Below are positions 9,333 through 19,249 of a stretch of DNA of 64,000 nucleotides, piece after piece. The notes beneath the pieces are model-generated. The model saw nothing but the letters and a program-made list of their open reading frames with translations, ran no database searches and was not told the DNA's origin. The stretch covers positions 81,847 through 145,846 of the forward strand of contig CAYRUR010000002.1 in the NCBI GenBank assembly GCA_964427615.1, written 5' to 3'. The position numbers were made by a program, and so were the translations under genes. Origin of the DNA: an uncultured Gammaproteobacteria bacterium. Its GTDB lineage: Bacteria > Patescibacteriota > Microgenomatia > Levybacterales > GWA1-39-11. Within the stretch, counting starts at the first letter, position 1, and each line of letters opens with the position of its first letter.

Positions 9333-9746
9333 ATGCAAACAACACATTCAAAAAACAATCAAATCAATAATAAAAGAAAAATCATCTTATCCTACGTTAC
9401 TGGTTTTCTGTTATCACTTATCCTAACCCTGACTGCCTACACCCTAGTCATTCTGCATCAGGGCTCATATCAAAGCATCTTTTCCTCCAACTCTCTTCTT
9501 ATTTTTATCCTGATTCTTGCCGTTATCCAACTAATAGTACAACTCCTCTTCTTCCTGCATTTAAGTCAAGAGAGAAAACCCTACTGGAACTCTGTCTTTC
9601 TCATTTCCACAGTGGGAATTATCCTCATTGTTGTTGTTGGCTCTATCTGGATTATGAGCAATCTGAGATACAACATGATGCCCCCTTCCTTAATGGATGA
9701 GCACATGATGCATGAGGAAGGAATATACCTGCAAAAAACACCCTAA
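9333..9746 (+). CDS. cyoD: Cytochrome bo3 oxidase subunit IV
   Basis: YVTGFLLSLILT, VQLLFFLHL, GSIWIMSNL. Confidence 0.92.
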   Translation: MQTTHSKNNQINNKRKIILSYVTGFLLSLILTLTAYTLVILHQGSYQSIFSSNSLLIFILILAVIQLIVQLLFFLHLSQERKPYWNSVFLISTVGIILIVVVGSIWIMSNLRYNMMPPSLMDEHMMHEEGIYLQKTP

Positions 9747-9760
9747 TCTTATCCATTACT

Positions 9761-10627
9761 ATGCTTCTTTCTATTAAAAAATACTATTCACTCACCAAAC
9801 CAGGCGTTTTATATGGCAACGTGCTGACTGGTGTTGCTGGTTTTTTACTGGCCAGTCGAGGCAACTTTGACTTTCTCTTGTTCTTGGCCACTATTATGGG
9901 TATGTCATTTGTTATTGCCTCTGCTTGTGTACTCAATAACTATCTGGATAAAGATATTGATAGCATTATGGAGAGAACCAAAAAAAGAGCCACTGCAAAC
10001 GGCAGCGTTGCAGGAAAAAATGCTGTCACTTTTTCTACTTTCTTGGGGTTGTTAGGATTTTTGATTTTATTCTTTTATACCAACTGGCTCGTGGTAGGTA
10101 TTGGTATCGTTGGCTTTATTGACTATGTACTGTTGTATGGTATGTTATCCAAAAGGCTATCAGTACATGGGACACTCGTGGGCAGCATCTCTGGTGCTAT
10201 GCCTATTCTTGCTGGTTATACTGCAGTAACCGGTACACTTGATATGGGAGCCATATTAGTTTTTCTCATTCTTTTCTTCTGGCAAATGCCTGAGTTTTAT
10301 TCTATTGCTATCTATCGCAGAGATGAATATAAAGCAGCAGGTATTCCGGTGGTATCAGTAGTAAAAGGAATACACAATACAAAAATGCAGATATTCTTCT
10401 ACACGTTTGCTTTTGTAACAACAACTATTCTTCTGAGTTTATTTGGGTACACGGGATATAGTTATCTACTCGTTATGCTGTTACTTGGACTGTATTGGTT
10501 GTGGCTTGCTGTAAAAGGTTTTCGGACAGCAGATGTAAATAAGTGGGCACGTCAGATGTTTCGCTTCTCACTCGTTATGTTATTGGTATTCTGTCTTATG
10601 ATTTCAATAGATGTACTTTTACCATAA
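9761..10627 (+). CDS. cyoE: Protoheme IX farnesyltransferase (heme O synthase)
   Basis: LTKPG, NNYLDKDIDSIMERTKKR, GSISGAMP, FWQMPEF, DEYKAAGIP. Confidence 0.95.
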   Translation: MLLSIKKYYSLTKPGVLYGNVLTGVAGFLLASRGNFDFLLFLATIMGMSFVIASACVLNNYLDKDIDSIMERTKKRATANGSVAGKNAVTFSTFLGLLGFLILFFYTNWLVVGIGIVGFIDYVLLYGMLSKRLSVHGTLVGSISGAMPILAGYTAVTGTLDMGAILVFLILFFWQMPEFYSIAIYRRDEYKAAGIPVVSVVKGIHNTKMQIFFYTFAFVTTTILLSLFGYTGYSYLLVMLLLGLYWLWLAVKGFRTADVNKWARQMFRFSLVMLLVFCLMISIDVLLP

Positions 10628-10647
10628 ATTTATGCTATAATTTTTAT

Positions 10648-10905
10648 ATGGTATTACTGCTTCATATCATTATCGCTTCTATAAGTATTGCCTCTACTAT
10701 TTATACTGGTGTCTCTCCTTCCAAATCAAAGCTCTATGCAACCTATGCTTTAGTAGCATCTACTCTGATAAGCGGTTTTTATTTGTTATTCACCACTCCA
10801 TCTCACATGGTATCATCCTGCATGGTAGGTCTTGCTTATATTGGATTTGTGTCTTACAGCATCGTCAGAATACACCACAAACTAGCCACACAAGAAGTAC
10901 AATAA
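10648..10905 (+). CDS. Small 3-TM membrane protein following the cyo operon
   Basis: MVLLLHIIIASISIAS...; TGCTATAAT 6 nt before ATG 10648. Confidence 0.65.
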   Translation: MVLLLHIIIASISIASTIYTGVSPSKSKLYATYALVASTLISGFYLLFTTPSHMVSSCMVGLAYIGFVSYSIVRIHHKLATQEVQ

Positions 10906-11013
10906 AAATCCTCACTTGAAAATCTCATTATTTTAGTTCTGATAACTACACATTTTGTGCAATTGATTGACACTACTAATCTTAGGGAGTTACAATGACA
11001 CTCAGGAAACCTT

Positions 11014-11919
11014 ATGCAAAAAATAATTCCCCATCTCTGGTTTGATAAAGAAGCTAAGGAAGCAGCCGAGTTTTATACTTCTTTGTTCCCAAACTCAAAG
11101 ATTACCCATGTAACAACGCTCCACGATACACCGTCTGGTGATACTGATATTGTCTCATTTGAGCTTTCTGGTCAAGACTTTATGGCCATTAGCGCTGGTC
11201 CTCTTTTTGCATTTAATCCTTCAATCTCGTTTATCCTCAATTTCGATCCTTCAAGAGATAAAAATGCTCGAGAAAACCTTGATGCACTGTGGGAGAAATT
11301 GTCTGATGGAGGCAAAGCCCTGATGCCTCTTGATACATACCCTTTCAGTGAACGTTATGGCTGGATACAAGATAAATACGGGCTTTCCTGGCAACTTATT
11401 TTATCGAATCCTGAAGGTGAAGAGAGGCCTTTTATTGTTCCATCGCTGCTGTTTGTGGGAGATGTAGCGGGCAAAGCAGAAGAGGCAACCAATTTCTATC
11501 TGTCAGTGTTTAAAAATGCAAAAAGAGGAATGATTGCCCGCTACCCTAAAGGTATGGAACCTGATAAAGAAGGCACTATTATGTTTTCTGATTTTATGCT
11601 CGAAGGACAATGGTTTGCTGCCATGGATAGTGCTCATAAACACAAATTTGCCTTCAATGAAGCAATCTCATTTTTGGTGAATTGTGAAACTCAGGAAGAA
11701 ATTGATTACTACTGGGAAAAGTTATCTGCAGTTCCTGAGGCGGAACAATGCGGCTGGTTGAAAGACAAATACGGTATATCGTGGCAAATTTCGCCAACTG
11801 TATTAGATGAGATGATGACAAAAGGTACTAAAGAACAGACCGATCGTGTGACACAAGCATTTCTTAAAATGAAGAAGTTTGATATTCAAAAACTCCAACA
11901 AGCCTACGAGGAAGAATAG
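11014..11919 (+). CDS. Tandem VOC/PhnB-like (3-demethylubiquinone-9 3-methyltransferase family) protein
   Basis: [20 protein letters not shown], two repeats ending GWxxDKYGxSWQ. Confidence 0.9.
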   Translation: MQKIIPHLWFDKEAKEAAEFYTSLFPNSKITHVTTLHDTPSGDTDIVSFELSGQDFMAISAGPLFAFNPSISFILNFDPSRDKNARENLDALWEKLSDGGKALMPLDTYPFSERYGWIQDKYGLSWQLILSNPEGEERPFIVPSLLFVGDVAGKAEEATNFYLSVFKNAKRGMIARYPKGMEPDKEGTIMFSDFMLEGQWFAAMDSAHKHKFAFNEAISFLVNCETQEEIDYYWEKLSAVPEAEQCGWLKDKYGISWQISPTVLDEMMTKGTKEQTDRVTQAFLKMKKFDIQKLQQAYEEE

Positions 11920-11967
11920 GAAAATAAAGTTCTTAGCATTTCTTATTCTAAGAGTGTCTCCTGTTAT

Positions 11968-12423
11968 TTATATTATATTGTATTCCTGTCTTGAGTTGTC
12001 TGGAAAGTTAACTGCATCATAAAGAACAAATTGAGTTGGTTTCATTTTATAAAAAAGATGAGGATGCTCTTTTAAGTTCATTAACTCAATAATTTTTTCT
12101 TTAGGAAATATTTTACTTTCATACAATGAAATTACTTTTTCAATATCTTTTTTGTCAGTAAGTAACTCTGCCACTCCTTGCACTTGCAATCCTCTTGGTA
12201 CATCATCTGGCGTATGAGGGAGAACTATAGCTGCTGCAACTTTTTGATTTTTTATTATCTCATCTGAATGTCTTCTCTTGGTTGAAGAAAACCAATAGAG
12301 GTTTAGATCAGAATCTGAGACAAACCACACACTACAAATCCAGGGTTGATTATTTATAGCAGTAGCAAGCTGCATGAGCGTTGCTTCCTTTAGATAGTTT
12401 TCAATTAACTTTCTTAAATTCAT
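11968..12423 (-). CDS. Pyridoxamine 5'-phosphate oxidase-like FMN-binding protein
   Basis: MQLAT...PWICSVWF...LYWFSSTKRRHS...GLQVQG. Confidence 0.8.
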   Translation of the reverse strand: MNLRKLIENYLKEATLMQLATAINNQPWICSVWFVSDSDLNLYWFSSTKRRHSDEIIKNQKVAAAIVLPHTPDDVPRGLQVQGVAELLTDKKDIEKVISLYESKIFPKEKIIELMNLKEHPHLFYKMKPTQFVLYDAVNFPDNSRQEYNII

Positions 12424-12564
12424 TTTACCCTAATGATGATGGTGATATATAAATTATCTTTCTTGCTTTTTGGGCATTTTCATCTTCCATGTAATCTGAT
12501 TATAACACTGTGTATATTGCTTAAAAAGAGATTTTACAGGAGATCCAAATAGGTAGTTTATTAG

Positions 12565-13524
12565 TCAAGTAAATGCGGGGAGGATTTCTTTTTGGTAGAA
12601 CTTAAAAAACTTTTCTTGGCTCTCCCAGCTCCCCACTTGATGCACATAAAGATAATCATACCCTGCATCAAAAAATTGCTGTATGGCTTGGATATGTTCT
12701 TCTTTATTAGGTCCCAAAGGCATGGTTTCAGGAAGATCTTCAATCGTAAGCTTTTCTACTGCAGCTTCAAAGTGCTTCGGAGAAGGAAGATCTGAACCCA
12801 AAGATCCACCCAGCATACCAGTAGGCCACTGCTCAAATACCATTTGTTTTGCCCGAGATCTATCCTCATCATAACAAACCTTTATCTGTCCGTATTTTGG
12901 TTTTCCTTTACCACCACTTTCTTCAAACGCTTCTATGAGCTTTCTACTAGGTTTGGTCGCAATAATACCATCAGCATACTCACCTGCAAGACGTGCAGAC
13001 CGACTAGTTGATACTGCCAAAAGGATAGGTACAGGATTTTTGGGAAGAGTAAACAGTTTGGCTTGCTCTACCGCATAATACTCACCAAAGTAGTCTACAT
13101 AATCACCAGTAAAAAGAGCTTTTATAATATTTATTGCTTCCATCATCATTTCCCGACGAATTTCAGGTCTTGGCCAGCCATATCCTACTATGTGCTCATT
13201 TAAATTTTCTCCTGTCCCAAGTCCTAGCATAAATCTTCCTTCCATGACTTGCCCACACGTTGCTGCTGCTTGCGCTATGGTGGTAGGATGTATGCGAATA
13301 AGCGGACAAGTAACCGCAGTACCTACTGCAAGGTTTTTTGTCTCCTGTGAAATACCACCTAGTGTTGTCCAAACAAACGGGCTTTCACCTTGTTTTGCAA
13401 TCCAGGGATGAAAGTGATCAGAAATAAAAGCAAAAGAAAATCCAACCTCTTCTGCTCTTTTGGCAAGGTTGATCAATGTTTGCGTATCATGTTCTTCACT
13501 TGATAGTGCATACCCCAATCTCAT
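12565..13524 (-). CDS. F420-dependent LLM-class oxidoreductase (G6PDH-like, TIGR03557 type)
   Basis: LGYALSSEEH, SDHFHPW, GTAVTCP, LGLGTGENLNEH, YVHQVG. Confidence 0.88.
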   Translation of the reverse strand: MRLGYALSSEEHDTQTLINLAKRAEEVGFSFAFISDHFHPWIAKQGESPFVWTTLGGISQETKNLAVGTAVTCPLIRIHPTTIAQAAATCGQVMEGRFMLGLGTGENLNEHIVGYGWPRPEIRREMMMEAINIIKALFTGDYVDYFGEYYAVEQAKLFTLPKNPVPILLAVSTSRSARLAGEYADGIIATKPSRKLIEAFEESGGKGKPKYGQIKVCYDEDRSRAKQMVFEQWPTGMLGGSLGSDLPSPKHFEAAVEKLTIEDLPETMPLGPNKEEHIQAIQQFFDAGYDYLYVHQVGSWESQEKFFKFYQKEILPAFT

Positions 13525-13535
13525 ATGTATCGTTC

Positions 13536-13943
13536 CTACTCAAAACCCATTTGAGCATAATGCAAAGGAGTAATACTTACGACTACCCGATTTTCCTTGT
13601 GTTCTGGATCTCCTGGATATGGTGATACTCCTGCGTAACGCTGACTTAAATGGTCTATTAACTCATGTCCTCCTTCTTTACTCATACTTGCTCTACCCTG
13701 TACTTGGATGTACTGATAGGGGTTTTCTTGATCATAAATCACAAAAGTAACTCGAGGATCACGCACCATATTTTTGTATTTTGCTCTTTCTATGGTGATA
13801 CTCACTTTAAAAACACCATCACCGTATTCAAACCATACTGGAGACATTTGAATAGAACCATCTTTACGTAATGTTGCCAACACCATAAAATTTGGCTTTT
13901 TTAAAAACTCAGTAATTTCAGGAGGAAATTTCCCTGCATCCAT
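13536..13943 (-). CDS. PPOX-class F420-dependent oxidoreductase (split-barrel)
   Basis: VLATLRKDGSIQMSPVWF, RAKYKNMVRDPRV, NPYQYIQVQG, IDHLSQRY. Confidence 0.82.
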   Translation of the reverse strand: MDAGKFPPEITEFLKKPNFMVLATLRKDGSIQMSPVWFEYGDGVFKVSITIERAKYKNMVRDPRVTFVIYDQENPYQYIQVQGRASMSKEGGHELIDHLSQRYAGVSPYPGDPEHKENRVVVSITPLHYAQMGFE

Positions 13944-14056
13944 ACTTGTAAAATATCAGTCTAAAACGTAGACCTTACTATTGCATAAAAATAGCGTATG
14001 GAAACAGTAAAGATTACTTTAGTTGCCAGTAATCTTTATCTAGTCAGAAGTATTTA

Positions 14057-14731
14057 TTACACAGAAGTCAGCTGATGCGACATTTTGTTCTTTTTTGTTG
14101 CCATATAGCCTTTATTGACTTCATTTGGAGTAATTTCTAAGGGGACTCGTTCCAAAACTTCTATGCCATATTCACTCAGTTGTTGTATTTTGTTAGGATT
14201 ATTAGTTAATAATCGTATCTTTTCTACTCCTAAATCCTGGAGGATATCCTTTGCTACTTTATAATCACGAGCATCTATAGGAAGACCTAGCATTTCATTT
14301 GCTTCTACCGTATCAAACCCTTTTTCTTGTAAAGCATAGGCTTTTATTTTATTGGTAAGTCCTATTCCTCTTCCCTCTTGATTAAGATACAAAACAATTC
14401 CGCTTCCATTTTCTTGTATCTGCTTCATGCTCTGATGTAATTGCTCTCCACAATCACATTTCAAAGATGAGAAAATATCACCAGTTACACAAGAGGAGTG
14501 AAGACGTACCAGCTCTGTATCTTGAATATCTCCCTTTACCAAAGCCACGTGTTCTATATTATCAGACGATTTATATACCACCATCTGAAAGGTACCAAAT
14601 GATGTTGGCAAGGTTGCCTCAGCAGTACGCACAGTATCATTTTTTTTGGATATCATTGAATTAGATGCAGACATAGTAAAAAGAGTGTTAGATGTACTAT
14701 TTATACTCTCCAAAGTCTTCTGATTTGACAA
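14057..14731 (-). CDS. ribA: GTP cyclohydrolase II (true start may be ~14674 or later)
   Basis: LPTSFG, VRLHSSCVTGDIFSSLKCDCGEQL, QEGRGIGL, LLTNNP. Confidence 0.93.
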   Translation of the reverse strand: MSNQKTLESINSTSNTLFTMSASNSMISKKNDTVRTAEATLPTSFGTFQMVVYKSSDNIEHVALVKGDIQDTELVRLHSSCVTGDIFSSLKCDCGEQLHQSMKQIQENGSGIVLYLNQEGRGIGLTNKIKAYALQEKGFDTVEANEMLGLPIDARDYKVAKDILQDLGVEKIRLLTNNPNKIQQLSEYGIEVLERVPLEITPNEVNKGYMATKKNKMSHQLTSV

Positions 14732-15422
14732 AAATTGGGTCTACATTAAGTGTATTTAAGGTTTCCACTGCGCCATTTACCATACCAGCAGGACCTGCAA
14801 GATAAAAAATAGTATTTGGAATATCTTTCAGATATTTTTGAATCATGGAAGCGTCAATATACCCAGTCTCTCCCTCCCAACCATCTGATTCTTTATCCAT
14901 CTTTGTCATGGTTGGAATAAAAGTAAAGTGAGGATTTTCCTTTGCAAGTTGATATAACTCATCTAAGAATGGAGCACCTGCAACATTTCTATTAGCATAG
15001 AACAAATAAATTTCTTGCTCTGATTTTTCGTGTGTCGCTTGACGTAGCATACCTATGAATGGTGTTATACCAATCCCTCCGGAGATAAATGCAAGCGGAC
15101 GATTAGCAACTTTTGGCAATACCATAGATCCACGAGGATCAATAACTTCAACAGCCATCCCGTCTTGCGCATTTGCCAAATTCTTTTTAAATGCGGTGTC
15201 TCTCATACGAGTAGCAACACCCAAGGTAGGTTCAAAAGGAGCTGTGATTAATGAAAGGGTTCTTTCATTACCCTCTTCATCTATTTCTTGTGGATTTGTG
15301 ATACGAACAGAGATATGTTGTCCAGCAGTGTATTCAAAACCTTCTGGCTTCTCAAAATAAAAAGCCATAGTTCCGTCAGCTACTTGTTCTTTTTGTACTA
15401 ATTTTGATGTAAATGTCGCCAT
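14697..15422 (-). CDS. Ferredoxin-NADP reductase-family FAD/NAD(P)H oxidoreductase
   Basis: AGQHI, RTLSL, GGIGITPF, FYANR, YLAGPAGMV, EDF C-terminus. Confidence 0.88.
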   Translation of the reverse strand: MATFTSKLVQKEQVADGTMAFYFEKPEGFEYTAGQHISVRITNPQEIDEEGNERTLSLITAPFEPTLGVATRMRDTAFKKNLANAQDGMAVEVIDPRGSMVLPKVANRPLAFISGGIGITPFIGMLRQATHEKSEQEIYLFYANRNVAGAPFLDELYQLAKENPHFTFIPTMTKMDKESDGWEGETGYIDASMIQKYLKDIPNTIFYLAGPAGMVNGAVETLNTLNVDPIFVKSEDFGEYK

Positions 15423-15428
15423 GATTAA

Positions 15429-15761
15429 TTATTTTTCTTGTTCTCCCTCAATCATTTTTACGATTGAGTTTACTAATGTATCATCAGTCTTAACTTTGTA
15501 ATATACAATCTGCCCTTTTTTCTCTCGAGTAACCAAACCTGATTGCTCCAGTACTTTTAATTGTTGAGAAGTTGCTGGCATGGTCATACCCATAACATGA
15601 GCGATGTCTGTAACTTTCACATCTTCTCCATGCGTAACCATCAACAACCTAAACATCCTACATCGTGTTGGATCACTTACTGCATTAAAAATAACAGGTA
15701 ATCGGTCTTCATCAGACACAATTGCTTTTTTTATTTTTTTAATTTGCGTATCAGTCAGCAC
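15429..15761 (-). CDS. ArsR/SmtB family repressor
   Basis: FNAVSDPTRCRM, ATSQQLKVLEQSGLV, GQIVYY. Confidence 0.9.
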   Translation of the reverse strand: MLTDTQIKKIKKAIVSDEDRLPVIFNAVSDPTRCRMFRLLMVTHGEDVKVTDIAHVMGMTMPATSQQLKVLEQSGLVTREKKGQIVYYKVKTDDTLVNSIVKMIEGEQEK

Positions 15762-15779
15762 GATATTTTATTAGTTGCT

Positions 15780-15826
15780 TATTTAAGCAACTGCTTAAGT
15801 ATAGTATGCCAAAGGCAGTTTGTCAA
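15780..15826 (-). promoter_or_regulatory. sigma70 promoter and ArsR-type operator
   Basis: TTGACA (15826-15821), 17 nt, TATACT (15803-15798); palindrome TATTTAAGCA-AC-TGCTTAAGTA at 15780-15801. Confidence 0.8.
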
Positions 15827-15925
15827 GTACTTATTGCCATCTAATTATTTGTTCTCTCAAAATTGATATTGTGGTTATTGCAGGGAAAATCTATGAAGGT
15901 TAATAAAAGCAACTCACCTCAGTAG

Positions 15926-16411
15926 TTATGTTTTGTCAGAGGATTCATTCTCATCATCTTTTCTTTGTTGTTCTAGTAAACTAAAATCTGGTGCTTGGCG
16001 TGATAGCGCTACTGGTGGATGTTTTTCCAGGTAATGAGCAAATCTTTGATCATCTCCTTCCTCAATTTCAGGAAAACGAGTAAATATTTCTTGTCTAATA
16101 ATCTGCTGATTAAGATAATAAAAAAGTTCTTCCCACGTATCTACCGGCTCTAGTTCTAACTGAGAAGGGGTAACAGAGGTCTGTTCAAGTAAAGCATTAA
16201 AAGTATCTCGTGGAGAGGTCTTTAGTGTTTCTAACGCCTCATACGTAGCACCATAAGTACTGTACACACATTCTTCAGGCCCATAAGGCGTCTCCACTAC
16301 TTTTATTTCTTTTTCCTTCCATCGCTTCACAGCGTTTTCCACAAGTCGGTCTAAAAGACGTTTTTCTTGTTCAGAATTTTCTGGGTTTTCCCGATTTTCA
16401 ATTCCTCCCAT
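15926..16411 (-). CDS. Hypothetical protein
   Basis: 161-aa acidic ORF, no motif recognised. Confidence 0.6.
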   Translation of the reverse strand: MGGIENRENPENSEQEKRLLDRLVENAVKRWKEKEIKVVETPYGPEECVYSTYGATYEALETLKTSPRDTFNALLEQTSVTPSQLELEPVDTWEELFYYLNQQIIRQEIFTRFPEIEEGDDQRFAHYLEKHPPVALSRQAPDFSLLEQQRKDDENESSDKT

Positions 16412-16480
16412 GAGAAAACCTTATAACACAAGAATATGACAAATATGTAAGAATAAAAAAGAAAATTGTTTCAATACTTA

Positions 16481-17050
16481 CTAAGGCATAGAAGAAGGAG
16501 ATGCGGAAGGAATATTACTTGGAAGGTTTTGAGGTATATTTTTCACCTTATCATTGAACTGCTCAGACATATCAGTAAAAGTTACATCGTTTGGTACTTG
16601 TAGTAGGCTTTCATCAAAATGTTCGTTTCGGCAATTATTATCTTTTGAGGCAACCATCTCATCTACCTTTTCTGGGGAAAAAGGTTGTTGTGTATCTCCC
16701 AACGCTTTTTTATTTTCTTCAGTCAATGTAAAAATAAACCCTTTTTTTGTAGCAGGATCCCAATGATAGGAAGTATTACCTTTAACAATGGTTGCTGTGC
16801 TACTCTCCTCAGCTATTCCATTTACTCTTGCTTGTCCTTTTAAAATGTAGGCTGTGGTACGGAAATTAGCATCCTGATATTCACAAATAATATGCTCATT
16901 TACATCAACATTGATTGCCTTTGAAGTGGACTGTTCTTTATGAGAACTACTACTCTTTGGGTCGTTTTTTGACAAGAAGAAAAATCCTGCAGCAGCAACA
17001 ACAATAATTACGATAACTCCTATAATTATTTTTAGCATTGTAACTATCAT
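16481..17050 (-). CDS. Membrane-anchored exported hypothetical protein
   Basis: N-terminal TM helix, paired Cys, Ser/Pro tail. Confidence 0.7.
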   Translation of the reverse strand: MIVTMLKIIIGVIVIIVVAAAGFFFLSKNDPKSSSSHKEQSTSKAINVDVNEHIICEYQDANFRTTAYILKGQARVNGIAEESSTATIVKGNTSYHWDPATKKGFIFTLTEENKKALGDTQQPFSPEKVDEMVASKDNNCRNEHFDESLLQVPNDVTFTDMSEQFNDKVKNIPQNLPSNIPSASPSSMP

Positions 17051-17080
17051 AACACAAGAATTAGGACAAAGAAAATACAG

Positions 17081-17743
17081 TTATCCCTCTATCGTTAAAG
17101 TATGTCCGTAGTCTTTCAGCCATTTGATTTGTTGTTTGTATGAAGGATTGTAATTTCTTACCTTCATCCAGAAAAATTGATTATGATTTTTTTCCATTGT
17201 ATGAGCTAACTCATGAATAACAACGTATCTGATAACAAGAAGCGGAGCCATAACAAGACGCCAATTAAATTGAAGTCTATTATCATGCGTACAAGATCCC
17301 CATTTTGATTTGGTGTCTGAAAAGGAAATATTGGTAACACTGGTATTCATTTCTGCTGCGTATTTCTCTACCTGTCTTGTAATAATTTCTTTTGCCTGCT
17401 TTATATACCACGCCGTTAATTCTTTTTCTTTACGAAAAAGAAGTGCTTGAGGAAATAGCAATTTTTCTTTTTCTACTGTCATATGGAGATAATTACCAGG
17501 CTGCAAGGTAAGAGTCTGGCCTAAAAAAAGATACTCTCCTTCTTTTCTTGCCTGCACTACCCTCTTTTTCATCTTTGCTAGATGCTTTTCTATCCAGTCT
17601 TGGCGTTCTTTGATAAAAGTATTTATTTGTTTTTCGCTTACATATTGTGGAGCTTTTAAGATAAGGGATCCGTCAGGCTCTATACGCAAAGAAATCGTTC
17701 TTCTGTCTGATCTAATAATAGTTACTTCAGAGATCTGCAGCAT
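17081..17743 (-). CDS. YgjP/DUF45 zinc metallopeptidase-like protein
   Basis: RSDRRTISL, KSKWGSC, FNWRL, YVVIHELAH, NHNQFFW. Confidence 0.9.
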   Translation of the reverse strand: MLQISEVTIIRSDRRTISLRIEPDGSLILKAPQYVSEKQINTFIKERQDWIEKHLAKMKKRVVQARKEGEYLFLGQTLTLQPGNYLHMTVEKEKLLFPQALLFRKEKELTAWYIKQAKEIITRQVEKYAAEMNTSVTNISFSDTKSKWGSCTHDNRLQFNWRLVMAPLLVIRYVVIHELAHTMEKNHNQFFWMKVRNYNPSYKQQIKWLKDYGHTLTIEG

Positions 17744-17840
17744 AAAGGAATTCTATACTACCATATCTTTTGAAAAAGAGGGAAATCTAAAGCTCACGTT
17801 TTAAGAAAAGAAACTAAGACAATCAAAAGTGGATGAGAGA

Positions 17841-18458
17841 TTAACTTTTTTTCTCTTTTTCTCCCTTACTTAACTCAACTATTTGGCGAATAGGCGCATA
17901 CAAGGTAATAAACCATTTCCTCAGCAACTCCCACAATGGATCATCTTCCTTAACATCCCCTCGTCGTATATACCGTAGACAATTAATAGTTATCGTCTCA
18001 ATCACTGCCCACTGCATTCTTACTTGCTCATCATTTTTGAATTCTTTCCATTTTTTTGACTCAAAAAGTGCAGTTTTTAAATTATCTCTATATTCCTTAA
18101 AACGCATATCAATCAATATCTCCCACTGCTTTATATATTTTTCCTCCACCCCCGCATCAGAAAAAAGCGTCAAAAAGCCAACTACTACCTCTTTTTGCAA
18201 AAGTGAAAGAACAACTTTGTGTTCTTTTTCCCCAGTATCAATTGCGTTATCCACTTCTAAAATAAAAAGTCCGAGTACTGAGACTTCCAGTTCATTAAAT
18301 ATCCGGTCTTGCTCTACTTGATTCAAATTCTGAAACTCAACATACATTCGAAAATCTTTTCTTTGCCAGAATTCAAAAGCAGAGTTTGCTGCCATTTGAG
18401 CAAGATGTTTGCCCGCTTTACTCATCATCTTCTGTATATGGTCTTGTTGATTCTTCAT
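17841..18458 (-). CDS. Hypothetical protein
   Basis: 205-aa helical ORF. Confidence 0.65.
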   Translation of the reverse strand: MKNQQDHIQKMMSKAGKHLAQMAANSAFEFWQRKDFRMYVEFQNLNQVEQDRIFNELEVSVLGLFILEVDNAIDTGEKEHKVVLSLLQKEVVVGFLTLFSDAGVEEKYIKQWEILIDMRFKEYRDNLKTALFESKKWKEFKNDEQVRMQWAVIETITINCLRYIRRGDVKEDDPLWELLRKWFITLYAPIRQIVELSKGEKEKKS

Positions 18459-18678
18459 AGATAGAATTAAATGTTACTCTTTATTATATACATTCTTTTA
18501 TTGTTTTCTATTCTATAATCCACTCCTATCCCAAGGTTATAACATTGTTATAATACACGTAAATGTTTGTCAATCCTCTCATTTTCAACGAAACACAACT
18601 TACTCAACTCTTCTTATGCTAAATTGCTATACTCTATCCCTTGACTTCGCTTATACAAAAACGGTAGTATAGAAACCT

Positions 18679-19242
18679 ATGGCAAAAGCAGATGAGCAAA
18701 TAACTTCCCCAGAGATGTGTCCTAAGTGTCAAAGCCCACTAGGAGAAATTCAAACCACAAAAACCGGCCGAAAATTACAACGATGTTCTACTGGCTCCTG
18801 GGATGCAGAGGCAAAGAAAAATGTGGGATGCGACTATGTGAAATGGCTTGAAATGGAACCACAAGAACTGGATGAAAAGTGTCCAAAATGTTCTGCACCG
18901 TTAGTATTGGCATTTACCCGATTCGGGAAGAAAATGAAAAAATGCTCTACTTCCTCTTGGGACAAAGAAGCCAAAAAAGCAATAGGTTGTGATTATGTCG
19001 AGTGGATCAATGGTACTACAGAAGAACTTGATGAAGAATGTCCTGAATGCGGAGCAAAACTCGTCCTCTACACCACTGCCAACGGCAAACGCATGAAAAA
19101 ATGCAGCACTGCAGGATGGGATAGACAAGCCAAAAAAGCTACTGGATGTCCGTATGTTTATTGGTTCAAGCCTGGTGAATATGAAGTAACCTACGATAGC
19201 GGAGGAGAAGAATTCTTACCCCCAGAACCTGCTGAAGCATAG
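18679..19242 (+). CDS. Stand-alone protein of three topoisomerase-I-type C4 zinc ribbons
   Basis: 3x CPxC-x~18-CSTxxWD-x7-GCxYVxW. Confidence 0.85.
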   Translation: MAKADEQITSPEMCPKCQSPLGEIQTTKTGRKLQRCSTGSWDAEAKKNVGCDYVKWLEMEPQELDEKCPKCSAPLVLAFTRFGKKMKKCSTSSWDKEAKKAIGCDYVEWINGTTEELDEECPECGAKLVLYTTANGKRMKKCSTAGWDRQAKKATGCPYVYWFKPGEYEVTYDSGGEEFLPPEPAEA

Positions 19243-19249
19243 TATCCTC

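Noticed and set aside
8687-9358. 223-aa minus-strand ORF (and similar ORFs at 41088-41483, 49403-49927, 52765-53112)
   Set aside because: Antisense shadows of membrane-protein genes
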